From contig OX597818.1 of assembly GCA_951406725.2 (NCBI GenBank), forward strand, positions 132,990,001 through 133,054,000: a stretch of 64,000 bases of DNA, read 5' to 3'. This document shows positions 1 to 11,952 of the stretch, piece after piece; position 1 is the first letter of the stretch, and the number at the start of each line of letters is the position of its first letter. The translations under genes were made by a program, and so were the position numbers. The DNA is from Octopus vulgaris (Eukaryota). The notes below the pieces were generated by a model that saw only the letters and a list, made by a program, of their open reading frames with translations, had not been told where the DNA came from and did not search any database.

Positions 1-335
1 ATAGCGAAAGGGACTGATTGCTACCTAACTCAGATACCAGGAAACCCCACAATGGCAGAAATTCAAAAGATAGTGCTCATGGGAACTGCTCATATCCTAC
101 GCAAAATACTCTCTATGTAATCCCAAGGTTTAAAACAAACTTTTTTTAATTTTTATTTTAACTTTTTATTTATTTATTTATTTATTTTTTTTATGTATTA
201 GACATTCACTAGTACAACACCAAAAAAAAAAAAAAACCCAAATATATGGCACAGAACTTCCAACCTGTTGTCTCTTGAGGTCTCTGGGTGAGACTTGGAG
301 CCAACTTGTACAGATATAAAGCAAAAGTCAAACAG
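1..335 (+). mobile_element. 3' end of an R4/Dong-like non-LTR retrotransposon (end of restriction-like endonuclease domain plus 3' UTR), cut by the window edge
   Basis: Frame 1, 1-120 reads IAKGTDCYLTQIPGNPTMAEIQKIVLMGTAHILRKILSM*, matching the R4/Dong C-terminal QKxVLxGTAxILRKxL pattern. The UTR ends at a (TAA)n run (336-362), the known Dong target type. Confidence 0.75.
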
Positions 336-362
336 AATAATAATAATAATAATAATAATAAT

Positions 363-917
363 GCCCTGATGCAGTACCAGGCAGCGGCTCTCATGGCTTC
401 TGATCTTAACTGACTGGAAGTGTTATCATGTACATTGTTTTGTCTTGGTATAAAACATGGGCTACAGAAAAATATTCTGCTCAATACCACAGATTTGCTT
501 GTCAGTTGTTTGACGGTAACCAGTTGAGCATGTCCCTTAGTGGCTGACGATATGTGCATCTCTGATCACGAGTAGAAGTAGTGGGGGAGCATCTTAGCCA
601 TGTGTCAAGAGGAATTCTTTGGGGTTTGAATAATTTACCTCTGAGAACATGAGTGCTACGTTCAACATCCTTAAACAACCCTTATTCAGAGACCATTTGA
701 GTGGAATGGGCTACTCAACCAGAAGAAAATTCTAACTGGGCCCCACCTGCAAGATCATGCGCTGTTTATCTTGATATGAAATCACCATGTCGCGCACATA
801 TGGTTGTGATGCATGTGCTTGGTGTACCCTTATCAGATGGGTAGTCATGATGGGTATACTGGGCTTCGTATATTTTACCCCAGTGTCACTTTGATGGCAT
901 GCACTGCTCTCTCACTC
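363..917. mobile_element. ~555-bp non-coding interspersed repeat embedded in (TAA)n, copy 1
   Basis: Starts GCCCTGATGCAGTACCAGGC and ends GCACTGCTCTCTCACTC. TAA runs on both sides. A closely similar copy with the same two ends lies at 13687-14385. Confidence 0.8.
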
Positions 918-950
918 AATAATAAAATAATAATAATAATAATAATAATA

Positions 951-991
<41 letters not shown>
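918..991 (+). repeat. (TAA)n microsatellite
   Basis: Read directly. Confidence 0.95.
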
Positions 992-993
<2 letters not shown>

Positions 994-1112
994 GCTGAAG
1001 TGAAGAATGAGTATATAGTGCATGTAGCAGATGAAATGCCCATAAGCATTTTGCCCAGCATGCTAATGGTTCTGCCAGCTTGCCATCTTAATTACAATCA
1101 TAATTATAATAA

Positions 1113-1290
1113 CTGGGAGATGAAGAAGGCTTTAATGGTTCCACTGTTGACTGGAGCATTGGGATGTATATCAGACAGTTTCGATAACTGTCTAGATAAA
1201 ATCAGAATTGATGCAAGGTTTACAGGTCATGCAGAAGACAGCACTACTTGTATAAAGCATGGATTTGAAGGAAAGGCTTGCCTTTGTAAG
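1113..1290 (+). mobile_element. Old fragment of an R4/Dong-like endonuclease C-terminus
   Basis: ORF 1000-1311 contains WEMKKALMVPLLTGALGCISDSFDNCLDKIRID, resembling the W.MK...VPVVxGALG.I motif of this clade. Confidence 0.5.
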
Positions 1291-1527
1291 GCACAGGAGA
1301 GGAAGCAATAAGGAAGTTTTGTCAATATGTTGTAGCCTGCTCCCTAACTGAAATGTCTGAACTGTTTAACATCTATGAGTCTGAGATTTACAAAATTGAA
1401 ACATGATGATGATGATGATGATGGTTTAAGTAACAAGGTAACATTAGAAGTGCATGGTTGGCTATTTCAATTGGATATTAAGCGAGGAGATTTCATAGAA
1501 CTTTTTATAACAATCTTTTTTAAATAA

Positions 1528-1741
1528 TGGTTTCAAATTTTGGCACAAGGCCAGCAACTTTGGGAGAGGATGTAAGACAATTACATTGACCTCAGAACTC
1601 AACTGGTACTTATTTAATCAACCCCGAAAGGATGAAAAGCAAAGTCGACCTCGGCGGAATTTGAACTCAGAACATAACGGCAGACGAAATATGGCTACTC
1701 ATTTCGCCCGGCGTGCTAACGTTTCTTCCAGCTCACCACCT
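1528..1741 (-). mobile_element. tRNA-headed SINE family A
   Basis: Reverse complement starts GGTGGTGAGCTGG, has the B-box-like GAGTTCAAATTCC and the family block GC(C/T)TTTCATCCTTTCGGGGT..AT...AAGTACCAG. Confidence 0.85.
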
Positions 1742-1934
1742 CTGTAGAAAATTGTATAAAAATATCCATTTTTCTGAAAGTTATGAGGTAACAAATTCAA
1801 AGTGGGGGTACGCTTGTGTAGGTATGCCTATGGTGTTTTCTTTTATAAACGCATAAACATTTCGCATTTCAGTGTTTTAATCTAAGAGTGATTTCATAGA
1901 ACTTTTTTTATAACAATCTTTTTTAAATAATGTC

Positions 1935-2165
1935 TTTAGTCTTTCTTTTAGTCTTTTACTTGTTTCAGTCATTTGACTGCGGCCATGCTGGAGCACCGCC
2001 TTTAGTCGAGCAACTCGACCCCGGGACTTATTCTTTTTGTAAGCCCAGTACTTATTCTATCGGTCTCTTTTTGCCGAACCGCTAAGTGACGGGGACGTAA
2101 ACACACCAGCATCGGTTGTCAAGCAATGCTAGGGGAACAAACACAGGCACACAAACACACACACG

Positions 2166-2211
<46 letters not shown>

Positions 2212-2369
2212 TACGACAGGCTTCTTTCAGTTTCTGTCTACCAAATCCACTCACAAGGCATTGGTCGGCCCAGGGCTATAGCAGAAGACACTTGCCCAAG
2301 ATGCCACGCAGTGGGACTGAACTCGGAACCATGTGGTTGGTTAGCAAGCTACTTACCACACAGCCACTC
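1935..2369 (-). mobile_element. tRNA-headed SINE family B (internal TA/TG microsatellite)
   Basis: Reverse complement reads GGAGTGGCTGTGTGGTAAG...CTTGGGCAAGTG...(TA)n(TG)n...GGCGGTGCTCCAGCATGGCCGCAGTC...GTAAAAGA. More than ten copies in the window. Confidence 0.9.
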
Positions 2370-2580
2370 CAAATTTTGGCACAAGGCCAGAAAATTTGGG
2401 AGAGGATGTAAGTCAATTACATTGACCTCAGAGCTCAACTGGTACTCATTTCATTGACCCCCAAAAGGATGAAAGGCTAAGTTGACCTCAATAAAATTAG
2501 AATGCAGAACATAAAGTGGGATGTAAAGATGCTAAGTTGTTTTTCTGGTGCAATAATAATTGTGCCAGCTCACTGCCTTA
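2370..2580 (-). mobile_element. SINE family A, degenerate
   Basis: Aligns with 1536-1741. Confidence 0.7.
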
Positions 2581-2777
2581 ATCTTTTTAAATGCGGCAAA
2601 TAAATATAATCTGACTTTGTATTTGGAAGATCTCAGATACATGTCATAGCTCCCACCTAGCAGGTGGTACCCCAGATGACTGCTTGAGCTTCTGGTACTT
2701 TCCATAGGTTCTTAATAGTAACATATACAACTTGAAGATAACAAATGATTAAAGAATTTAACATAGTAACACAACAC

Positions 2778-3133
2778 AGGTGCAGGTGTGGCTGTGTGGT
2801 AAGAAGCTTGCTTCCCAACTACATGGTTCTGGGTTCAGTCTCACAGCATGGCACCTTGGGCAAGTACCTTCTACTATAGCTTCAGGCTAACCAAAGCTTT
2901 GTGAGTGGATTTGGTAGATGGAAACTGGAAGAAGCCTGTCATATTTATATATATGTATGTATGTATGTATGTATCATCATCATCGTTTAACGTCCGTTTT
3001 CCGCGCTAGCACGGGTTGGACGGTTTCGACCGGGGTCTGGGGAGCTAGGGACTGCCCCAGGCTCCAGTCTGGTCTGGCAGTGTTTCTACAGCTGGATGCC
3101 CTTCCTAACGCCAACCACTCCGCGAGTGTAGTA

Positions 3134-3167
<34 letters not shown>

Positions 3168-3390
3168 AATATATGTGTGTGTGTGTGCGTCTTTGTCCCT
3201 CCCCATCATCACTTGACAACAGGTGTTGGTGTGTTTATGTCCTTGAAACTTAGTGGTGTGGCAAAGAGACCAACAGACCAACAGGCTTAAAAATAAGTCC
3301 TGGGGTCAAATCCTTTGACAAAAATACTTCAAGGCAGTGCTACAGCATGGCCGCAGACAAATGACTGGAACGAATAAAAGAATAAAAGAA
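2778..3390 (+). mobile_element. SINE family B interrupted by an RTE 3' fragment
   Basis: Head at ~2778-2945 and tail at ~3170-3390. The insert sits in the internal microsatellite. Confidence 0.8.
2973..3132 (-). mobile_element. RTE-type LINE 3' end with (GAT)n tail, nested in SINE B
   Basis: CATCATCATCGTTTAACGTCCG...GCTGGATGCCCTTCCTAACGCCAACC, the same terminus as the coding-linked copy at 41205-41675. Confidence 0.8.
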
Positions 3391-3976
3391 CGACACTACC
3401 GACGAATTTAAGCAACCAAGATATGACAGGGATGGTTTAACCTACAAAGATCATTCAGTAAATAACTTAAGGTAGAAGATTATTGTTTTCGTGCCAACCA
3501 GGAGAGACAGTTGTTTCTAAACTATTGGCATTGTATAAGTGGAACAAAGCTCTCTTTGATCTTTGGAAGAAAGACACTTGTATGCACACCATGAATGTAT
3601 TTAGGAAGATTACCAACTGAGTTTAATCTCAGTAACTCACAACAAAATTAAATACTTTTTATTTACAACTTTCCTACTGATATAAGATTCCATGAAATAA
3701 AAGTCTCAGCATAGAATTATCAGCTTATAATGGATTCATTTTGTGTCATTTTACAAAAAAAAAAGAAACAAAATTAGATTAATGGCTTGTCTGTATGTAT
3801 GACTGCTGGTTTGTTTATTAATTTGTGATAATGAAAATATAATCAAATATAATTAAATTGAAACTTATGATATTAAATATTTTTCATATAGATAATCAGT
3901 AATAACCATCTATTTTGTGTTACTGACACTTTCTGAAAATTCCTAAAGATAATATGCATTATGCGTGTGCAAGAAG

Positions 3977-4025
<49 letters not shown>

Positions 4026-4720
4026 CGGGGGGGGGAGCCAAATTTCTATAATGTTTATTTAGTTTTGATCTTCAACATAGGTTAGGTTATAGTTTAGTAT
4101 TGTATTTGAAATGCTTTCATTAAGAAAACCAACTATGTTCTGAAAGCCATAATTTTTCTTATGTGCAGATGCCAGCAGGAAAGAACTTGATTAGATAAAT
4201 TCTAGATGATTGTATCAGATAAATTTTGCACTTCGCCAACTCATCATCAAACAAAAAGACATAAAAAAAAAAACAAATAACAGATAGATGATAATTTCAA
4301 TCTTACATACAATGTATGCTTTTTAAACCTTTCAAGAAGAAACATCAATTTACATGTAAATAATTAGATATTATAAGAGTAGAAGTCTTCAAATATGCAT
4401 GTATGACCATATAATTTGCTCCGAATTTAGAATAAACAAAAATAATTATTCTAATATTGCAACAGAAGTTTAGCCCTCCAGTTAGACATGCATAATAAAT
4501 GGGTAATTAATTAGTAAAACAATTATTCTTTAACATTTTTATATATAAATGAATTAAACTAAAATGGTAATTATAAATATAACATTTAAGTTGGCTTGTT
4601 TAATTACATAGTTTATCAATGTATTGGATCCAGCGCATCACACAAGTTATCATTTTATATAGAACTGTGTGCATGTGTGCACGATGTATACACACAGAGA
4701 TATACATACATACATATGTC

Positions 4721-4774
<54 letters not shown>

Positions 4775-5777
4775 TGTGTGTGTGTATGTGTATGTATATA
4801 TATATGTATATATATATATATATATATATACATACACACACACTCACATATATATACTAATGACAAAAATTCTATCACAAAGTTGTAATTGTTTTACATA
4901 TTTTTTTTAGAAAATGTATCTTTCTAAGGAGGGAAGGTTGGACCTTAGCCTGTGGATCCCTTCCTGCAGGTAAAATAGTAAAGAGGGTTGGGTAAAAATT
5001 AATGCAATTGACTGTTTCTTTTAAATTGTTGAAGATTGTTCATTTCAGTTTTTTTAAATTACTGAAGGTTAATAATTTTGTTTTCTTAAAAAGTATATGA
5101 TAGGAAAGACATTCAAAAGATACGTAAATTCAAAGAAATTTACACACATACACATACACACACACATATTCATACACACACTTGTACACGAGTAATCACA
5201 TGTGTTTTTGCAAATTTCTTGCACATACACGTGTGTTCTTATTTAGAGTTTTGTGTCAGGGGAAGATATAAGGTTTCTTGCACAGATATGTGCTCTAACA
5301 CAGAGCTTCTATTAAAGACGACCTGATAAGATTTATGAAAAATAAAATCACTGCATTGTTACAGTTGACAAACATTCAGTATGAAACAATATGGACCTTT
5401 GTTGGTGGGATATCTTCACACAATATGTTCCTCAGTGGTCTTGACTAACCATTCATCATGAATTCAAGTATGGAGTCTTACTTTACTCACAATTAATCCT
5501 CACAGTCGTATATATTCATCCATGAGTTTAATTCTCTCTTTTGCTTGAGGAATCCAATTCTTTCTTTTGGTTGAACCAGACTTTAAGGCATTTCCCAGAT
5601 CCACAATGGTCAACAATGTCAGTTCAGATCCATTTCTCATTATTCATTTTTCTTCCCCTGCTGATTAGCTCCATGTGCTCTATTCTCTTATTCTTTCACT
5701 AGTTACATTCATCAGCATGTGGGGTCATGTTGAGGGTAGTACCTTCAAAGGTTTTTAGTTGATTATATTGATCCCAG

Positions 5778-5997
5778 GTGGCGAGCTATCAGATACGTTA
5801 GCACGCCGGGCGAAATGCGTAGATGTATTTTGTCTGCCGTTACGTTCTGGGTTCAAATTCCGCCGAGGTCCACTTTGCCTTTCATCCTTTCGGGGTCGGT
5901 AAATTAAGTACCAGTTACGCACTGGGGTCGATGTAATCGACTTAACCCGTTTGTCTGTCCTCTCTGTGTTTAGCCCCTTATGGGTAGTAAAGAAATA
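5778..5997 (+). mobile_element. SINE family A, full length, 14-bp TSD
   Basis: TATATTGATCCCAG at 5764-5777 and 5998-6011. Inserted in a decayed minus-strand SINE B-like sequence. Confidence 0.9.
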
Positions 5998-6959
5998 TAT
6001 ATTGATCCCAGTAATTATTTGAGTCTGGTTCTTATCTTATCTGTTTCACCAGTCAGTTACAAGAGATATAAAGAAGCACAAAATGAAGAACTATGCTGTT
6101 TTTCAGACAAGTGTAAGCATAAACAGAGACATATACATGCATTGTCACTTGTAAGAGAGTACAAGCCGGCAGCTGGTACAACACTTTTGCCAATTGTTTT
6201 AGGTACTTATGTAGTTGAGTGTAAACACAAGCACACTTTCGTGGCTCTTCCACTCTTTACTCAACAGAATACTGAGGATGTGACAGCTGAAGGGAGAGAG
6301 AGAGAGAGCTGCTCCTACAGTCATCTGGTACTCACTTGCAGTTGATTATATTCTCGAGTAGCATGAGTAAAATTCTACATTTGCTGTTCACTTTACAATA
6401 AACTCCACACTGCTTCCAATAAATAAATCTCCAAAACTGTCCATCTTCTTTCAGCCAGGCTCACTTCCATGTACACATCCATACCAAGTGCAAAAATATC
6501 TTCAACCACTTAAAATTAACAAGGCAATTGGGCCTGACAGTGTCCCTCCCATTATTCCCAATGAATCTCCTCAGTGCTAGCACCTATCTTTATCAAACAC
6601 TTCAATCTCTCTCCCCTCCTTCTTTCTCTCTCCCCCTCTCTACTACCAGTCTGTTGCCCTTCATTGCAGAAATCCCTATTGTGATGGAGACTGGTATTAA
6701 TAATAATAATAATAATAATAATTGTGTACAGTGCTCAGGTGCACTACAACTCATCTAAAGTGTATCAACTACAACAAGATGACCAAAGTTTTTTTTTTCC
6801 AAGGTCTGGGGTCTCCCGCCCCTAAGCCCTAGACCATCACCTAATCACCCTTACCCGTTTTGTTGCTTAACAACAACAACCAGCACCATAGCTTCATCAT
6901 CATCATCACTCATCATCATTGCCACTACCATCACTATCACAACCACTACCACCATCTTC

Positions 6960-7075
6960 ATCGTCATTATCATCTTTTAAAGTCCACTTTTCCATGCTTG
7001 CTTGGGTCAGACGGTTAATTAAGGCAGATTTTTTTTAGCTGGATGCCCTTCCTGTCACCAACACTCACTTGTTTC
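6960..7075 (-). mobile_element. Degenerate RTE-type 3' end
   Basis: GTCCACTTTTCCATGCT...GCTGGATGCCCTTCCTG next to a CAT/CAC-rich tail. Confidence 0.6.
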
Positions 7076-7296
7076 TATAACAATAACAATCTTATCTCTT
7101 CTTAACTAACAACAGCATTAGCTTTGTAGAGCTGCTAGAGACCTCCTCCTCTATGTCACTCAATACTTAGTTTTCATTCTTGAGAAATTTGGAAATTTGT
7201 GAACAACAATTTTGTTGCACTTAACATTAGCAAAGTATTCAACCATCTTTAGTATGCAATATCATATCTAAACTCACCGTATATCAATCTCTCATC

Positions 7297-7757
7297 TTAG
7301 TTAGTTAGTTAAGTTAGTTAATTTTGGCTCAAAAGCAAATAGCAAGGCCATGTAGGGGGACATGGAGTTAAGTACAGGGTGGTGTTCATGTAAAGAGTTC
7401 AGGCCACTTGAGGTCCAGGGAGGCTTTGAACAAAGCGGTCGTCGGCATCTTCACCATCTCATCTGGCAGCTTGTTCCACGGATCCGCAACCCGGATGGAG
7501 AAAGCTCCTCTCCTTCGATTGAGATGAAATTGTCGCAGGTAGAGCTTTTCGGAATGACCCCGCAGCCGACGCTCTGGAGCAGGAGTGAAGAACAGCTCTT
7601 TCGAGAGGTTACACTTTCCGCTTATAATGTTGTGGGCGAGAATGAGATCACCACGGCGGCGGCGTTTTTCAAGAGAATAAAGGTCGAGCGTCCTCAGCCT
7701 TTCTTCGTAGGACAAATTTTTGAGACCATGAACCATGCGGGTAGCCAGCCTCTGGAA
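7297..7757 (-). mobile_element. 5'-truncated CR1-clade LINE (ORF2 C-terminus, short 3' UTR, (CTAA)n tail)
   Basis: ORF 7386-7736 has LSYEERLRTLDLYSLEKRRRRGDLI...LRGHSEKL...FSIRVADPWNKLP, the typical CR1 ORF2 end. Second copy at 53983-54325. Confidence 0.9.
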
Positions 7758-8112
7758 TGGTAGCTTCTAGCTATTTTGCGCCACTTGTATGTGCTGACAG
7801 AGCTCTTCTGACCCACACTTTATCAACCCTTATGTAGTTGAAAGTTCAGTTTTTTTCCCCCACATGCTTTTTCATTTACATCAAAGATTTGGTCTATCAT
7901 CACTTCCAACAATGCACATTCCTATCACTCTTCACTAACCTTTTATATATCTATATTTCATCCACAGCATTTGAGACACTTCGTGAAAATAAATTAATCG
8001 CATTAATTTTACTGATCTCAGAAGGTCTGTGAAACCATGAGCACAACACCATCCTAAGCCAAAATCTTTCAAAGATAAATAAACAAAACAACTAGTCTGT
8101 ATGATGATATTG

Positions 8113-8316
8113 TCTTTAGCATTTAAACTGGCTATGTCAAGTCTATACATTCTACCTCTTTTATGTTCAAACTGACCAGATCCAGTCTCTCACACCTACC
8201 CTACAAAGTCATGAAAAATAAACACATTATTGAAATCTTGAAGCTATGAGATAATGCATGATTAATTCAAAACAATGAGAATTAATTCAAAACAAAGTAA
8301 TCTGAATGTTAATGGG
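8113..8316 (-). mobile_element. TTAA-flanked piggyBac-like MITE, degenerate
   Basis: Reverse-orientation match to 19946-20166. Ends GGG|TTAA. Confidence 0.65.
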
Positions 8317-8394
8317 TTAAATCTTGGATTGAGTGTTGCGTAGCCAATATTTTCCAATTAGTGTGATTAACTTTCTTCTATGTACTGTCCTTAT

Positions 8395-8790
8395 GGTCAA
8401 GAGACTAATAGTAGTGTGTTTCAGGAGAGTTTTGGTGCTGTCTGGTCAAGAGACAGTGATATGTGATCAAAAGTCTAGCTTGCAGTCAAGAGACTAGGGC
8501 TGGAATCTAGTCAAAAGACTGGTGGTAGTGTATGGTCAAGAAACTAAGAGTGGCATATGGTCAGGAGTTTAATGATGGTATGTGGTCCGATGACTAGTGG
8601 TGGTGGTTTGTAGTCAAGAGATTAAGAGTGATGTGTAGTCAAGGGAACTAGTGTTGGTGTGTGGTCAAAGAGACAAGTGTCAGTGTATTATTACGAGTGT
8701 TGTTGTTGTTGTGGTAGTGGTGTATTGTTAAGAGTGTGGAGGTGTGGTAGTGGACATTCAAGGGAGATGTGGTAGTCGTTGTGTGTATTC
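8395..8790 (+). repeat. Degenerate minisatellite, ~25-bp unit (approx. GGTCAAGAGACTAGTGGTGGTGTGT)
   Basis: GTCAAGAGACTA-like motif recurs at ~25-bp spacing. Confidence 0.75.
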
Positions 8791-8841
8791 AGGGAACTTG
8801 GATTAATTTGCATCAGCAAAATTCAGTTCAATAAAGTTTAA

Positions 8842-9055
8842 CCCTTCAGCATTCACATTACTCTTTCAAATGCATTGCTTATTTCTTGACATTGTTTTGA
8901 GTTTATCCTACATTATCTCGTAGCTTTGAGATTTCGATGATGTCATTGTTTATTCTTAAAATGACATTGGAGGATATGTATGAGAGGCCTGGTTTGGTCA
9001 GTTAGAACAAAAAAACTGGTAGAATATTTGAGACCGATCTGGTCAGTTTGGGTAC
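8842..9055 (+). mobile_element. TTAA-flanked piggyBac-like MITE, degenerate
   Basis: TTAA|CCCTTCAGCATTCACATTA start. Body matches 19946-20166. Confidence 0.65.
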
Positions 9056-10072
9056 TAGAAGATCAGAAAGAAAAAAAGATAAATTCTATGAAAGTGTGAC
9101 AAGATTCAGGTTCTGCTTTAAACTCAGGCGAAGGTCCCCACTTGAAATATTAGAATTTTCTTATCCCCACAGCATACTGACATTATCCAAAGACATCTAG
9201 TAGTAACATTACTAAAAATCAAAAGTAAAATGAATAAATAAAAACGTCTCTTATACAGATTTATTGTTATCATGGGAATTTCATGTAAATTGGTAAAATT
9301 TCTAAGTTTTTACAAGATTATATACAGAAGGAACCAGTTGATTCTGCATACCATTTTATAAAAACACAATTCCAAAACTATCCACAAGCAACATACTTTG
9401 AAATACAAACTACTTTTATTGTTTCGTGTTTTATTCACTAATACTTCTAACAGCCAGATATCTTGCCTATTCTATGCAAAGTTTCTTTCTTTCCTTAATT
9501 GTTTCATTAAAGAAAACTTAATTAGAGATTTGGATGATGCAGTTCTATAAATCAAAATTTATGCTATCGATTGTCACGTGTCTTGGAATATATTTGCAGC
9601 AAAACACATTGAACAAATTTCAAGTATTCTATAAATTTTAACAATCTTAATCTAAAAAATATATATATAAGAAGAAGGAAAAAAAAAAAAACACAACAGA
9701 TATAGTATAGAAGATATTTCAATATAAAAACTCATCAAATACATTTTATGGTTCTAATAAAATACAAGCATCCTTATCGTTGTCACATTGTTTTGTTGGC
9801 ATGGAGATTTATGCTACACACAGAGGAATAGATTTATATATAATTTCACATAAATAATAAAGGATGAAAGTTTATTAGCATATAAACACAAACGCATCAT
9901 TGTAGACACATGCATATATAATATGAAAATATCAAACAAAAAAATCTGAATTGATGTACATAAGTATGCTAAAAGTTTAAACTTGATAATATGTTACTGA
10001 TCACTGTTATTATCATCATCATCATCTTTATTATTAATGCTATTATTATGATTATTATTGTTATTATTATTA

Positions 10073-10110
<38 letters not shown>

Positions 10111-11339
10111 GCAATAAGAATTCATTATATAGACAGAGACAGAGTACTCACACTTGTATGTACATATGTACATTTGTATGTACGTATGTATGTATGCATC
10201 TTTGTATGCATGTACATATGTATGTATTATGTATCAATGTCAGAGAACATATTTTATGAAACATTCCGAAAAATACACATATAGAATAAAAGATTACAAA
10301 AGTAAATTTCTCTGGTCAGCTGAAGAACGGAAGCTTAGATTTATTGGCAAACTTTGTCAGATTGTAAACAAGCACCATAGTAATGTATGTATTTATGTAT
10401 TTGAGTTTCACTTATTCTCTATGTAGTCTTTCGATTTTCTTTCATGCAGAATAATTGCAGTTGACAACTTTTCACTTGAAGAGAAAAGCTAACAAAGATT
10501 TTTTTTTCCTCCTCTTTTCTCCAAATATTAATTTATGATGAAAGTAAGCCTACATCAGGAACAAAACTATATCTTACATATATTTTTTTCTCTTTTCTTT
10601 TAAAAATCATTTTACTCCAAAGACTTTATTTATTTGTGTGTATATGCATGTAAATAAAGCAACAAATGTCTAATATACAATTATTTATAATGTAATTATT
10701 TATTTATTTGTAAATAATATATCTATACTAAGTGGATATGAAAAACGTGTCATTTTAATGCTGTGTGCTACATCATAATAGATAATAAAAATATACTGTT
10801 TTTTTTTGTTTTGTTAAGTGATTTATTTTTATTTTTTTTATTTTCTGTTATTTCTTTTTTCTGAAATGACAATATGAACAATTACTTATATCATAAAAAT
10901 CATGGAAGACTAATCTCAGTTTTGCTTTTCACCTGCTCTTTATTTGTTTGAAATATAAAGTGGCTTTTTTTTCTTTTTTGTTGCTTTGTTTAACAAGCAA
11001 GTTTTTTTGTTTTTTTTTTTGAGTAGCTGATCTTTTATACTGGGTTCATTTTTAGTTATTTATTGCAGCAAAGAAACAGTCCACATAAAAATGTGTTGTT
11101 TCATAAAATTTACTATGGGTTTCCAATAACTGATGCCAGATTTCTTGATGGCACTAGTCACCAATATCAGTATTCTATGAACAACAAAAACAAAGCATTT
11201 AACTAAATTAATTCAGATTCATTAGACATGGCAAGTGCAGTAAAAAAAAAAAATCCCAAATACTGAACTACCCTGAAATTTTTACACATATTCAAACTAG
11301 TATACAACTTTTCATGAACTTTTTCATGAAGCTTGTATG

Positions 11340-11893
11340 CTTTGCCAGATGTGCAATGTCAGTGTTCATGCATGACAGAGTGTAAGAGTCTTGGGAGAAA
11401 AATTGAGCAATAGAAGCATCAGATGTGGTGTGCAAGAAGGATGACTGTGCTGGTATGGTTATGTAATGCATATAGATGAGAACAGCAGTGTGAAGAAGTG
11501 CCAATCTCTAACAGTGGAGGAAACCTGTGGAAGAGGTAGACCCAGGAAGACATGAGATGAGGTGATGATGCATGATGTTCAAACATTGAGCCTCACAGAG
11601 GCAATGACAAGTGACTGAGACCTTTGGTGTTATGCCATGCTTGAGAAGAGCCATCAAGCCAAGTGAAATCACAGTCAATGCAAGTGTCAAATAACTGGCA
11701 CTCATACTGGTACATAAAAAGCATGTTTCGAACGTTGGGCAATATGCTGTGCTTGAGAAGAGTGTTTAGCATTAGGAAGGGCATCCAGCTGTAGAAACCA
11801 TGCCAAATCAGATTAGAACCTGGTACTGCTCCCCAGCCTACCAGTTTTCAGTCGAACTGCCCAACCCATACCAGCAAAGAAAATGGACATTAA

Positions 11894-11950
<57 letters not shown>
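11340..11950 (+). mobile_element. 5'-truncated RTE-clade LINE (decayed ORF end, 3' UTR, (GAT)n tail)
   Basis: Translates MCNVSV...LCWYGYVMHIDENSSVKKCQSLTVEETCGRGRPRKT*DEVMMHD...MTSD*DLW. (GAT)n at 11894-11950. Confidence 0.85.

Positions 11951-11952
<2 letters not shown>

Noticed and set aside
2116-2457. Recurrent ORFs starting MSSNARGTNT or MLGGQTQTH (also near 15718, 26203, 38993, 40730, 41922, 63608)
   Set aside because: Antisense readings of SINE family B. The recurrence reflects the repeat, not a protein family.
4911-4969. Possible small exon (TTTTTTTAG|...CAG|GTAAAA)
   Set aside because: Weak donor, no recognisable peptide, expected by chance in T-rich DNA.
6800-6860. CCCTAA-like telomeric motifs
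   Set aside because: Only a few highly degenerate units, so not an interstitial telomere array.
7362-7763. Plus-strand 133-aa ORF, repeated at 54051-54443
   Set aside because: Antisense frame of the CR1 ORF2 fragment.
8395-8790. Regularly spaced motif resembling a CRISPR array
   Set aside because: Degenerate tandem units with no unique spacers, eukaryotic context, no cas genes.
9120-9155. Hammerhead-like GGCGAAGG...TTGAAATATT
   Set aside because: No CUGANGA core and stem II does not pair.
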